From contig DATLFM010000035.1 in the NCBI GenBank assembly GCA_035541015.1, forward strand, positions 1 to 63,515: DNA of 63,515 nt, in the 5' to 3' direction. Below the pieces are notes generated by a model. It did not search any database. It saw only the letters and a program-made list of their open reading frames with translations, and was not told where the DNA came from. A program made the position numbers and the translations under genes. Source of the DNA: Thermoplasmatota archaeon (lineage in GTDB: Archaea > Thermoplasmatota > SW-10-69-26 > JACQPN01 > JAIVGT01). Shown piece by piece: positions 1-7,878 of this stretch (position 1 is its first letter; each line of letters starts with the position of its first letter).

Positions 1-1083
1 GCCCTTTCCGTCCTGGCGTCCTCCTCGGTCGGGGAGCTCGTCCGCGCTGCCGACGACGCCGAGCGCCGCGCGCTTCCCCAGGCCTCGCAGGTGCGCGCCC
101 ACGCGAACGAATCGCAGGAGATCCTTTCCGCCGGCTACGCCGCGCTTGCCGCCGAGCACGCGTGGAACGGGATTGCGTACGCCGAGACCGTGCGATTGCG
201 GGCGTCCGAGGGCGCGCTTGCGCCGCGGGCGATGCTCGAGCGGGCGCGCGCGGTGGCCGAGGCGACGCACGACCGCCTGGACGCCCTCCACGCACGCTTG
301 CTTGCACTCGAATCCCGTCTCACGGGCCTGGCCGCCCTCGAGTACGTCCTCTACGCCTCGCATTACGGCATGCACGCGAACTACGCCGTGGTCGCGTGGG
401 CGCGGGAAGGTTACCTGTCGGACGCTCCGACGGACGCGAGGGCGCGCGAAGCGCTTCGCCTGGCGCATCTTGCCTTCGGGCGCGCGACGTTTGCCGACGG
501 CGTCCTCAATCTCACCGAGGCCGTGGAGTCGTCCGCCGTCGTCCGCGTCGCGCCCGGCGCGCTCCTTGCCGCCGCCGTGCGACCGCCGGGCTGGGACACG
601 TCGGGCAATTGGACACGTCAGAGCCTCGCGCTTGGCAACGGCTCCGGCGCGCTGTCGCTTTCCCACACCCTGGATCTTCACCAGCAGTACATCCGCGAGC
701 TCGTCGAGTCGCGCTACGAGAGCTCCGGCGAGACGCTCGCCGGCTACGCCCGCCGCCTGGCCGCCAACCTCACCGACGACCACGTCGACGCGGCACGCGG
801 CTTGGGGGCGGCCGGCCTCGTTGCCCTCGAGGCGTACAACCACATGCGCTTTGCACTCGAATTCCTCCAGGGCGCGCCGCCGTCGACGCTCTCGCAGAGC
901 GCGGGCGACCTCTTCTCGCGCTGGGGTCGCTACGTCGTGGCGCGCGACCTGAACGACATTTTCTCCACGATGGAGACAAGGACCGCGCCCCCCGAGCCGC
1001 CAAACCTCTTGCCGCTTGTTGTCGTGGCCGCGGCGCTGGGCGCCGTCGCCGTCGTGGCCGCGTGGAGGAGGCGGGCGGCGTGA
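1..1083 (+). CDS. 5'-truncated CDS: alpha-helix-rich envelope protein with a C-terminal TM helix and RRR anchor (no family recognised)
   Basis: Frame 1 is open from nt 1 with no stop before the listed GTG at 91, so the gene probably starts upstream of the window. It ends ...LLPLVVVAAALGAVAVVAAWRRRAA*. The stop TGA 1081-1083 overlaps the GTG start of the next gene (GTGA). Confidence 0.6.
   Translation, partial: ALSVLASSSVGELVRAADDAERRALPQASQVRAHANESQEILSAGYAALAAEHAWNGIAYAETVRLRASEGALAPRAMLERARAVAEATHDRLDALHARLLALESRLTGLAALEYVLYASHYGMHANYAVVAWAREGYLSDAPTDARAREALRLAHLAFGRATFADGVLNLTEAVESSAVVRVAPGALLAAAVRPPGWDTSGNWTRQSLALGNGSGALSLSHTLDLHQQYIRELVESRYESSGETLAGYARRLAANLTDDHVDAARGLGAAGLVALEAYNHMRFALEFLQGAPPSTLSQSAGDLFSRWGRYVVARDLNDIFSTMETRTAPPEPPNLLPLVVVAAALGAVAVVAAWRRRAA
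1064..1071 (+). promoter_or_regulatory. Shine-Dalgarno-like GGAGGAGG for the 1080 cistron
   Basis: GGAGGAGG is formed by the TGG-AGG-AGG-CGG (W-R-R-R) codons of the upstream tail. It lies 8 nt before GTG 1080. Confidence 0.5.
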
Positions 1084-3560
1084 GGCGCGCGGCACTTGCG
1101 GCGACGGTCCTCCTCGTCCTCGTCACGCCTTGGGTCCCGCCCGCGGATTCGGATTTCCTTGCGTCGGGCGTCGTGAACGCCTCCAACCGCGTGCTCACCG
1201 TGGGCGGTCCGGCCGTCGCGGCCAACGCGAGCTGGACGGTCGTCGCCTGGAACGAGAACGCCTCCTTCCGCGCGTGGGACGTGCACTACCGGATCCGCGT
1301 CGACGACGGTCCCTGGGGCCGCGCGCGCAACCTCACGGCGACGGCGACAAACTCGTGGCTGCCAGCGCTTGCATTCTCGGCGGGCGCCTTGCACGCCCTC
1401 TGGATCGAGGACGTGTCGAGCGCGCGCCTGCCCGAGGTTCGCACCGCGCACACGCGAGACGGCGAGAACTGGACGGCCCCGACCGTGCTTGGCGAGGGCG
1501 TGATCCTGCGGCCGGCCCTCGTGGCCGGGCCCGAGGAGAGCCTCCACGCGGTGTGGGCCGCCGGCGACCGCGTGTGGTACGCGCGGTGGAACGGAGCGCG
1601 CTGGTTCCCTCCGGAGCCGGCCTCGGGCTCGCCGCGGGAAGGAGCGTTCTTGTCGGTGGCCCTCGCGCTCGATCGGGAGCAGCGACCCTTGGTCGCTTGG
1701 ACGTGGAAGCCCGTCGTGCGCTCCTCGGAGCCCGTCGAAACCCCGGAGGAGGCCGCGCGCGTGGAGACGGCCGTGCGATTGGCCACCGGTTGGGAAACGC
1801 CTTTCCTGCTGTCGAACCCGCAGCGCGGCTCCGCCACGGACCCGTCGCTGTGGCGCGCCAACAACGGCACCCTGTACGTGGCCTTCCACCAGGTGCTCAC
1901 CCGGGGCGTCGTCCTGTGGGCGGTTCGCGAGACCGACCAGTGGACGGTTCCCCACGTCATCGAAGGCACGCACGGGAGCGGCACGTACCCGCGCATCGCC
2001 GTGGGGGGAGGAACCGTCCGCATCGCCTTTGTCCACCGCACGAACGGATCGGCCGCCGTGCTCGCCGAGGAGCGGGGGAACTCGTGGGTGTCCGAGACGC
2101 TCGCCTACAGCGACAACCCGCTGGGCGTGGGTTTCATCGACCACATCCGCGACGCGCAGGGCCACTCGCGCGTCGTCTGGACCTACCAGCCGCCCAACCG
2201 CTCCGTCGACGTCTTCTACTACGAACGCGCCCACGATGCTCTTGTGGTCGACACCTCACCGCCTACGATCGCCGACGTGCGCCCTTCGCCCGGCTCGTTC
2301 TTGAATTCCTCGACGGTGCGCATCGAGGTCCTCTACCTCAAGATCGGCACCATGGACGCCTCCTCCCTCCGGCTGCTTGTCGACGACGTGCCGGTTACGA
2401 ACGCAACCGTCCAGGATGGTCGCGTCGCCGCCGAGGTCCGCGGCCTTGCGGAGGGGCCCCACACGGTGGACTTCTCGTTCGCCGACTTCTCCGGCAACCG
2501 CATCGAGCGGACGTGGACGTTCCACGTGGACGTGACGCCGCCTTCCACCAACCTTGTCCTCGAACCCCCGCTGTCCGCCGGCCAGTGGCACCGGGGCGGC
2601 GTGCAGCTCACCTGGCAGGGCCTCGATCCGGGCGAAGGCGCAAGCGGATACGCGGGCGTGGCCACCACGCTCTACCGCAACGGGCAACGCGCGTTTGCCT
2701 CCCAGCTTGCGCCCGGGACGCACGCGCTCTCGCAGCTGGCCTCGCGTTTCGCCTTCCCGCTCGAGGGCCATTTCGTGCTCCTCTACGCGGGCACCGACGC
2801 GGCCGGCAACGCCGAGGCGCCCCGCAACGTCACCTTCCAGGTCGACTCCATCGCGCCCACCTCGCGCGTGCTGCCGCTCCCCGCCGTCTCGAACGCCGCC
2901 GAGCTCGCCGTCGAGGTGTCGGCCACCGACCAGGGCGCGGGCATCGAGCGCCTCGAGCTTTGGGGGCGCGACATGGACGCGCGGGCGCAACTTCCCAGCG
3001 ACTGGCGGCTCCTGCAGGCCTTTGCGTCGGCCGAAGGCGCGCACCGGCTCGCGTCCCCCGACGGACGGCTGTGGGAGTTCTACACGGTCGCGCGGGACCG
3101 CGCCGGCAACGCGGAATCCGCGCCGCCTGCGGCCAGGGCCTCCCTCGTCGTCGATCGGACGGCACCCTCCGTGCGCGTGATGCAGCCGGGGGACGGAAGC
3201 ACCATCTCGACCACGACGAGCGTGATCGTCGACGCAAGCGACGCCGTTTCCGGCGTGACGCGCGTGCGCTTCCTCCTCGACGGGAACGCGTTTGCCAACG
3301 CGACCTCGCCCCCCTACGTGGCGGCCATCGACCCGCGCGAGGTTCCCGCGGGTGACCACGTCGTGACGGTGGAAGCGCTGGACGCGGCTGGAAACGTGGG
3401 CTCCGTGGCGTTCCGGCTGACGACGGTGGGAGGGCGCCCACGGGACAACGCGACGACGCCTCCGGGCGGGAGTTTCCTTCCAGGCTTCGACGTCCTCGTC
3501 GCCGTGGGCGGCCTGGTCCTTGTCGCCACGGTCCTCCGGCGGAAAATCGGGCAGCCCTGA
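1080..3560 (+). CDS. Secreted surface protein (826 aa): beta-propeller plus Ig-like modules, PGF-CTERM tail
   Basis: ORF 162..3560 only looks protein-like from GTG 1080, where VRRAALAATVLLVLVTPWVPPADS reads as a signal peptide. Repeated blade-like strings follow (ALHALWIED, SLHAVWAAGDRVWYARWNG, RPLVAWTW, GTLYVAFHQ, VRIAFVHRTNG, HSRVVWTYQ). Ig-like modules carry D-x-AGN-x-E motifs. The protein ends LPGFDVLVAVGGLVLVATVLRRKIGQP*. It is a paralog of 5318..7786. Confidence 0.8.
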   Translation: MRRAALAATVLLVLVTPWVPPADSDFLASGVVNASNRVLTVGGPAVAANASWTVVAWNENASFRAWDVHYRIRVDDGPWGRARNLTATATNSWLPALAFSAGALHALWIEDVSSARLPEVRTAHTRDGENWTAPTVLGEGVILRPALVAGPEESLHAVWAAGDRVWYARWNGARWFPPEPASGSPREGAFLSVALALDREQRPLVAWTWKPVVRSSEPVETPEEAARVETAVRLATGWETPFLLSNPQRGSATDPSLWRANNGTLYVAFHQVLTRGVVLWAVRETDQWTVPHVIEGTHGSGTYPRIAVGGGTVRIAFVHRTNGSAAVLAEERGNSWVSETLAYSDNPLGVGFIDHIRDAQGHSRVVWTYQPPNRSVDVFYYERAHDALVVDTSPPTIADVRPSPGSFLNSSTVRIEVLYLKIGTMDASSLRLLVDDVPVTNATVQDGRVAAEVRGLAEGPHTVDFSFADFSGNRIERTWTFHVDVTPPSTNLVLEPPLSAGQWHRGGVQLTWQGLDPGEGASGYAGVATTLYRNGQRAFASQLAPGTHALSQLASRFAFPLEGHFVLLYAGTDAAGNAEAPRNVTFQVDSIAPTSRVLPLPAVSNAAELAVEVSATDQGAGIERLELWGRDMDARAQLPSDWRLLQAFASAEGAHRLASPDGRLWEFYTVARDRAGNAESAPPAARASLVVDRTAPSVRVMQPGDGSTISTTTSVIVDASDAVSGVTRVRFLLDGNAFANATSPPYVAAIDPREVPAGDHVVTVEALDAAGNVGSVAFRLTTVGGRPRDNATTPPGGSFLPGFDVLVAVGGLVLVATVLRRKIGQP

Positions 3561-3663
3561 TCCGCCAGCATGCTCACTCATATGGCTTCCTCAGGAGATC
3601 GTCTGTCGAGAAGCTCCTCCGCCGACGATCCGACCGTTTGGCGAATACGCTGCCGCGAAAGGC

Positions 3664-3671
3664 TTTAAGAA
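3664..3671 (+). promoter_or_regulatory. Candidate TATA box (TTTAAGAA) for the Cys-rich protein gene
   Basis: AT-rich octamer in an otherwise GC-rich spacer, about 64 nt upstream of ATG 3728. This would give a ~35-nt leader containing the SD. Confidence 0.35.
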
Positions 3672-3700
3672 TCCGAACGAAGGTGCGGGCGTGCCCGTAA

Positions 3701-3720
3701 CGGGAGGTTATCGGGAGGTT
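3701..3720 (+). promoter_or_regulatory. Tandem CGGGAGGTT x2; the second copy is the Shine-Dalgarno site for ATG 3728
   Basis: cgggaggtta-tcgggaggtt. GGAGGT at 3714-3719 lies 8 nt upstream of ATG 3728. Confidence 0.55.
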
Positions 3721-3727
3721 TGTTTGA

Positions 3728-5176
3728 ATGAAGGCACAATTGACGATGGGCGCGGTCTTTTTGACCGCTCTGATTATGGCCGTTCCCCCGGCCACCGCCG
3801 ACATCTACGACGGCGAGTTCAACGACGACCGACTGACGGTGGGGTTGTTCTACTTCAACCCCGCCTCGCAGGTAGAGCACCGCCAGGGCGACTTTGGCAC
3901 GGGCTACTACGACCGCACCTGGACCGACATGCACGGGGACGCCAACTACAAGCCCCAGTGTGGCGAGAACGCTCCGCCCGACTGTCGCAACCGCGTCCAG
4001 GAGGACTGCAACAAGCCCGCCCAGCCCGGCGAGGCCGACTGCCGCGCCGCCTGGAACTGCCTGATCGTCCTTGGCGCAGTGCGCCCGACGGCGTTCTTCT
4101 TCCGCACGGGCTGGCTGCAGGTCCACGACGAGGGCTCGGACAACTTCGGCGGCAACGCCGACATCGACATGGGTCCCGACTGCCCGACCCCCGACCGCCG
4201 CACGGGCAACGGCAACCTTGGCCAGCCCCGCAACGGCCGCGTCCGTGAGGCCGACGAGCGCCCCATGGAAGAGGGCGGCTGCTGCGACAAGTACAGCATC
4301 TACGTCGAAGACCAGTGGGTGGACCGCTACAGCATGGCCACCGGCGGCTTCGAGTGGGGCAACATCGGTGAGCGGCCCTTCGACTACCAGTACACGGCGT
4401 ACCCGGCCGAGAACCGCACGGGCGCCTGGACCGTAAACGGCGTCGCCGAGCTCTCGGTCACGGTTGCGGTCGGATCCAAGCCCACGCAGGTCGAAGTCTG
4501 CGTCCCGGCGGCCGACCCCAACGACCCGGACGTCTGCGCCCTGTACGACCTGTTCGTGCCCAGCGAGGACGCCCTGGCGAACGACCCTGACTACGAGTGC
4601 GACGTCACGGACCCCGGCGTCGTGTCCGGCTCCGAGGGCCGCCCCGTCGGAACGCCCGGCACGCACCCCGACCCCGAGTGCCTGGCCGTGATGGAAGCCG
4701 TCTTCGAGACGTACGAGAGCAGCATCACGCTGATCCGCCTGAGCGGATACGACTTCGTGCTCTGCAACGGCGCCTCGTACGACGGCACGGGCTCCTGCGA
4801 GCTCGACAACGTGGTCCAGACCACCGAGACGGTCGACATCACGAGCGCGTTCTGCTGGGACGAGGACTTCGCCAAGGGCTGCGGCGGCAACCAGAACTTC
4901 CGCCACTTCCCCGGCTCCTCGTGGACCAGCTGGAGCGGTCTTCGCGCCACCGTGCTCGAGGACGCCAACGCCTCGCCCGGTCTGTACCTCGTGTGCGCCA
5001 ACATCGTCGAGGGCGACACGGTGCCCGCCGGCGCCGGCGTGCGGCTCATCAGCGACTACACCTGGCTGTGGTTCCAGGACGCCTCGCTGTCGCACGCGGC
5101 CGAGCTCGCAAACCCGCTCGCCTACGATGCGGCCACCGAGGAGCTGAACGGCGTCGACGGACGCTGCGGCGCCTAG
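3728..5176 (+). CDS. Orphan Cys-rich secreted protein (482 aa), no anchor
   Basis: Signal peptide MKAQLTMGAVFLTALIMAVPPATA/D. I count 18 Cys by eye (an even number), including a CC pair. There is no C-terminal TM helix. The gene has its own SD and a strong downstream terminator. No family recognised. Confidence 0.8.
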   Translation: MKAQLTMGAVFLTALIMAVPPATADIYDGEFNDDRLTVGLFYFNPASQVEHRQGDFGTGYYDRTWTDMHGDANYKPQCGENAPPDCRNRVQEDCNKPAQPGEADCRAAWNCLIVLGAVRPTAFFFRTGWLQVHDEGSDNFGGNADIDMGPDCPTPDRRTGNGNLGQPRNGRVREADERPMEEGGCCDKYSIYVEDQWVDRYSMATGGFEWGNIGERPFDYQYTAYPAENRTGAWTVNGVAELSVTVAVGSKPTQVEVCVPAADPNDPDVCALYDLFVPSEDALANDPDYECDVTDPGVVSGSEGRPVGTPGTHPDPECLAVMEAVFETYESSITLIRLSGYDFVLCNGASYDGTGSCELDNVVQTTETVDITSAFCWDEDFAKGCGGNQNFRHFPGSSWTSWSGLRATVLEDANASPGLYLVCANIVEGDTVPAGAGVRLISDYTWLWFQDASLSHAAELANPLAYDAATEELNGVDGRCGA

Positions 5177-5198
5177 GAAACGACCGAAACCGTCCGGA

Positions 5199-5240
5199 GG
5201 CAAGGCCCCGCGCGGGCCTTGCCCCTTCCTTTTTTTTTTA
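5199..5240 (+). terminator. Stem-loop plus T10 terminator
   Basis: GGCAAGGCCC (5199-5208) pairs perfectly with GGGCCTTGCC (5214-5223) around the 5-nt loop CGCGC. A T10 run follows at 5230-5239. The structure starts 23 nt after the stop at 5176. Confidence 0.7.
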
Positions 5241-5317
5241 TTCCCGCTCCGTCACGCCCAGCGTTTGCACGATCGACCGCAACCCCCAAGTAGGTCGCTT
5301 GCCTTGGACGCCCTGGC

Positions 5318-7786
5318 ATGACGCGCGTCCGGACGGTTTTCCTCGCCGCGATCTTCCTCGCCATGGCGACGCTTCCCCCGGCCGCCTCCGATTCGTTGGA
5401 CCCTTCCGCCTTCAACCTCGTCAACCGCGGCTCGGTGACCGGCGGCGTCGCCGTGGCCGGAAACGAGCACCGCAGCGTGGTCGCCTGGTCCGACCTCCTC
5501 ACGTTCCCCGCGCGCGACGTCCTCTACCGCGTGAACGACGGCTCGGGATGGAGCGCGCTGCGAAACCTCACGCGCTCGCCCACGAACTCGTCGCTTCCCG
5601 TCCTTGCCCTTTCGGGCGCCACGATCCACGCCGTCTGGCTCGAGGAGACCGCGCCGCGAACGTACGAGCTTTGGCACGCGATCTCCGCCGACGGCCGCAA
5701 CTGGTCGGCGCACCACGCGTTGGGTCTTTCGAACCAGGACCGCCCGGCGTTTCGGGTGGACGGGCCCCAGGCGCACGTGCTCTGGACGCATCGCAACAAC
5801 GTCTCGTACGCGCGCTACGACGGAAGCCGCTGGCTTCCCGCCGAGCGCGTCGCAGGCCCGCGGGGCCAGGCCTTGATCGAACCGGCGCTCACGCTGGACG
5901 CGCAGGGACGGCCCGTGGCGGCGTGGACGCACCAACCCGTCCTGCGGTCGAACGAGCCTGCGCCGATCCGAGGGCCCGAGTCGGCCGCTCGGGTCGAAGC
6001 CTCGATCCGCACGGCAACAGGCTGGCAGCCGCCGGCCGAGATCTCGAATCCGCACCGCGGACCGGCGACGTGGTCGTCCCTGGCCACCGGTTCCGACGGA
6101 AAGGTGCACATGGCGTTCACGCAGTCCGTCTCCCTCGGTTCCATCTTTTATCTCACGCACGAGAACGGCGAGTGGACCGAGCCTCGGGTGGTGGAAGGCG
6201 CTTTCGGAGCGACCTCGTATCCGAGCCTTGGCGTCTCGGGCACGGTGCCTCGGCTGGCGTTTGTCCTCCGCACGAACGGCTCGGCCGCCATGCTCGCGGA
6301 GCCACGCGGCAACGGCTGGGTCGCGCAGCAGCTTGCCTACAGCGACCATCCGACGGGCGTGGGCTTCCTCGACCAGGCCGTCGACGAAGGCGGGCGCTCG
6401 CACCTCGCGTGGACGTTCCGGCGGCCCGCCGGCGGGATCGACGCGTATTTCCTCGACCGGGCGCGGGACCAGCCCGTCGTCGACACCACGCCCCCCGCCG
6501 TGGTGGACACGCTCCCGGCGCCCGGCACCTTTGTCAACGTCACCGATCCTGCGATCGAGGTCACGTTCGTCGAGGTGGGAGGCGTCCCGGCGTCGTCCGT
6601 GGACGTGCGCGTCGACGGGGTGCGCGTGCCGCAGCCGGCCACGGTCGTGGGCAACCGCATCCTTGCGCGCGCCGCCGATCTTTCCGAGGGCCCGCACGAG
6701 ATCGAGGTCACCTTCGCCGACGCGGCAGGCAACGTCGCCCGCGCATCGTGGACGTTCCACGTTGACGTCACGCCGCCGGCGACCGCCTTCTCGCTCGAGC
6801 CGTCGCTTGCGCCGCAGGAATGGCACCGCGGCGCCCTTCAGCTCACCTGGACCGGCGACGATCCCGGCGAGGCGGCAAGCGGCTACGCCGGCGTGGCCGT
6901 GTCGCTCTATCGCAACGGCATCCGCACCTTTGCCACGCAGCTTGCGCCGCGCACGCACACGCTTTCCGAGCTTGCCCTGCGACACGCCTTCCCGCTCGAA
7001 GGCCAGTTCGTGCTTGTCTACGCCGGCGTCGACGCGGCCGGGAACCAAGAGGCCGAGCGCAACGTCTCCTTCCGGGTCGATTCGGTCCCGCCGGTGTCCC
7101 GTGTCCTGCCGCTTCCCGCCCACGTGAACGCAAGCGAGCTTGCGGTGGAGGTCGCCGCCTCGGACCCCGGTTCAGGCGTGGACCGCATCGAGCTGTGGGG
7201 CCGGGACATGGACGCGCGCGAGCAGCTCCCGGGGGAGTGGCGGCTGCTCGAGAGCTTCCGGCGCGCCGAGGGCGTGCACCGCCTGGCGGCCGAGGACGGA
7301 CGTCTGTGGGAGTTCCGCTCGACCGCCTTCGACCGCGCAGGCAACGCCGAGGCGGCGCCGCAATCGGCGACCGCGTCCGTCACGATCGACCGCTCGCCTC
7401 CCTTGCTGCGAATCTCGCAACCCGCCGAAGGGAGCACGCTTGCGAGCACGGCCAACGTCGTTGCCGAGGTCGAAGACGCACTCTCGGGCGTCGTGGTCGT
7501 GCGCTTCCGCGTCGACGGCCTGTCGCTTGGCAACGCCACGGCCGCCCCGTACGTGGCGTCTCTCGATCCCCGCGAGGTCCCGCCTGGCGAGCACGTGATC
7601 CAGTCCGAAGCGGTGGACGGAGCCGGAAACGTGGCGACCGCAACGCTGCGCATCGTCACGACGGGCGGCCGCGCCCGCGACGTCCCCCCGCCCGCCGGCA
7701 ACCCTCTGCCGGCCATGGAGGCGACCGTGGCCGCGGCCCTGCTGGCGCTCGTCGGCGCCCTTTCTCGCCGTCGCTTCCACCGATAA
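5318..7786 (+). CDS. Secreted surface protein (822 aa): beta-propeller plus Ig-like modules, PGF-CTERM-like tail (LPAME variant)
   Basis: Signal peptide MTRVRTVFLAAIFLAMATLPPAAS. It is colinear with 1080..3560, for example WTFHVDVTPPATAFSLEP...GYAGVAVSLYRNG versus WTFHVDVTPPSTNLVLEP...GYAGVATTLYRNG. It ends PLPAMEATVAAALLALVGALSRRRFHR*. Confidence 0.85.
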   Translation: MTRVRTVFLAAIFLAMATLPPAASDSLDPSAFNLVNRGSVTGGVAVAGNEHRSVVAWSDLLTFPARDVLYRVNDGSGWSALRNLTRSPTNSSLPVLALSGATIHAVWLEETAPRTYELWHAISADGRNWSAHHALGLSNQDRPAFRVDGPQAHVLWTHRNNVSYARYDGSRWLPAERVAGPRGQALIEPALTLDAQGRPVAAWTHQPVLRSNEPAPIRGPESAARVEASIRTATGWQPPAEISNPHRGPATWSSLATGSDGKVHMAFTQSVSLGSIFYLTHENGEWTEPRVVEGAFGATSYPSLGVSGTVPRLAFVLRTNGSAAMLAEPRGNGWVAQQLAYSDHPTGVGFLDQAVDEGGRSHLAWTFRRPAGGIDAYFLDRARDQPVVDTTPPAVVDTLPAPGTFVNVTDPAIEVTFVEVGGVPASSVDVRVDGVRVPQPATVVGNRILARAADLSEGPHEIEVTFADAAGNVARASWTFHVDVTPPATAFSLEPSLAPQEWHRGALQLTWTGDDPGEAASGYAGVAVSLYRNGIRTFATQLAPRTHTLSELALRHAFPLEGQFVLVYAGVDAAGNQEAERNVSFRVDSVPPVSRVLPLPAHVNASELAVEVAASDPGSGVDRIELWGRDMDAREQLPGEWRLLESFRRAEGVHRLAAEDGRLWEFRSTAFDRAGNAEAAPQSATASVTIDRSPPLLRISQPAEGSTLASTANVVAEVEDALSGVVVVRFRVDGLSLGNATAAPYVASLDPREVPPGEHVIQSEAVDGAGNVATATLRIVTTGGRARDVPPPAGNPLPAMEATVAAALLALVGALSRRRFHR

Positions 7787-7841
7787 CTCGCTTTTGAATG
7801 TGGTATTTAAGGTTTTCTCGTGAGAGCGGCGCTCGGTCGCC

Positions 7842-7849
7842 TTTATATA
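7842..7849 (+). promoter_or_regulatory. TATA box (TTTATATA) heading the giant-protein operon
   Basis: Canonical archaeal TATA octamer in an AT-rich spacer. It starts 37 nt upstream of ATG 7879, so the transcript would be nearly leaderless. A second weaker TATTTAAG lies at 7804-7811. Confidence 0.6.
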
Positions 7850-7878
7850 CTTTCCATTGCCTGCGCCCTGTGCCTCGG

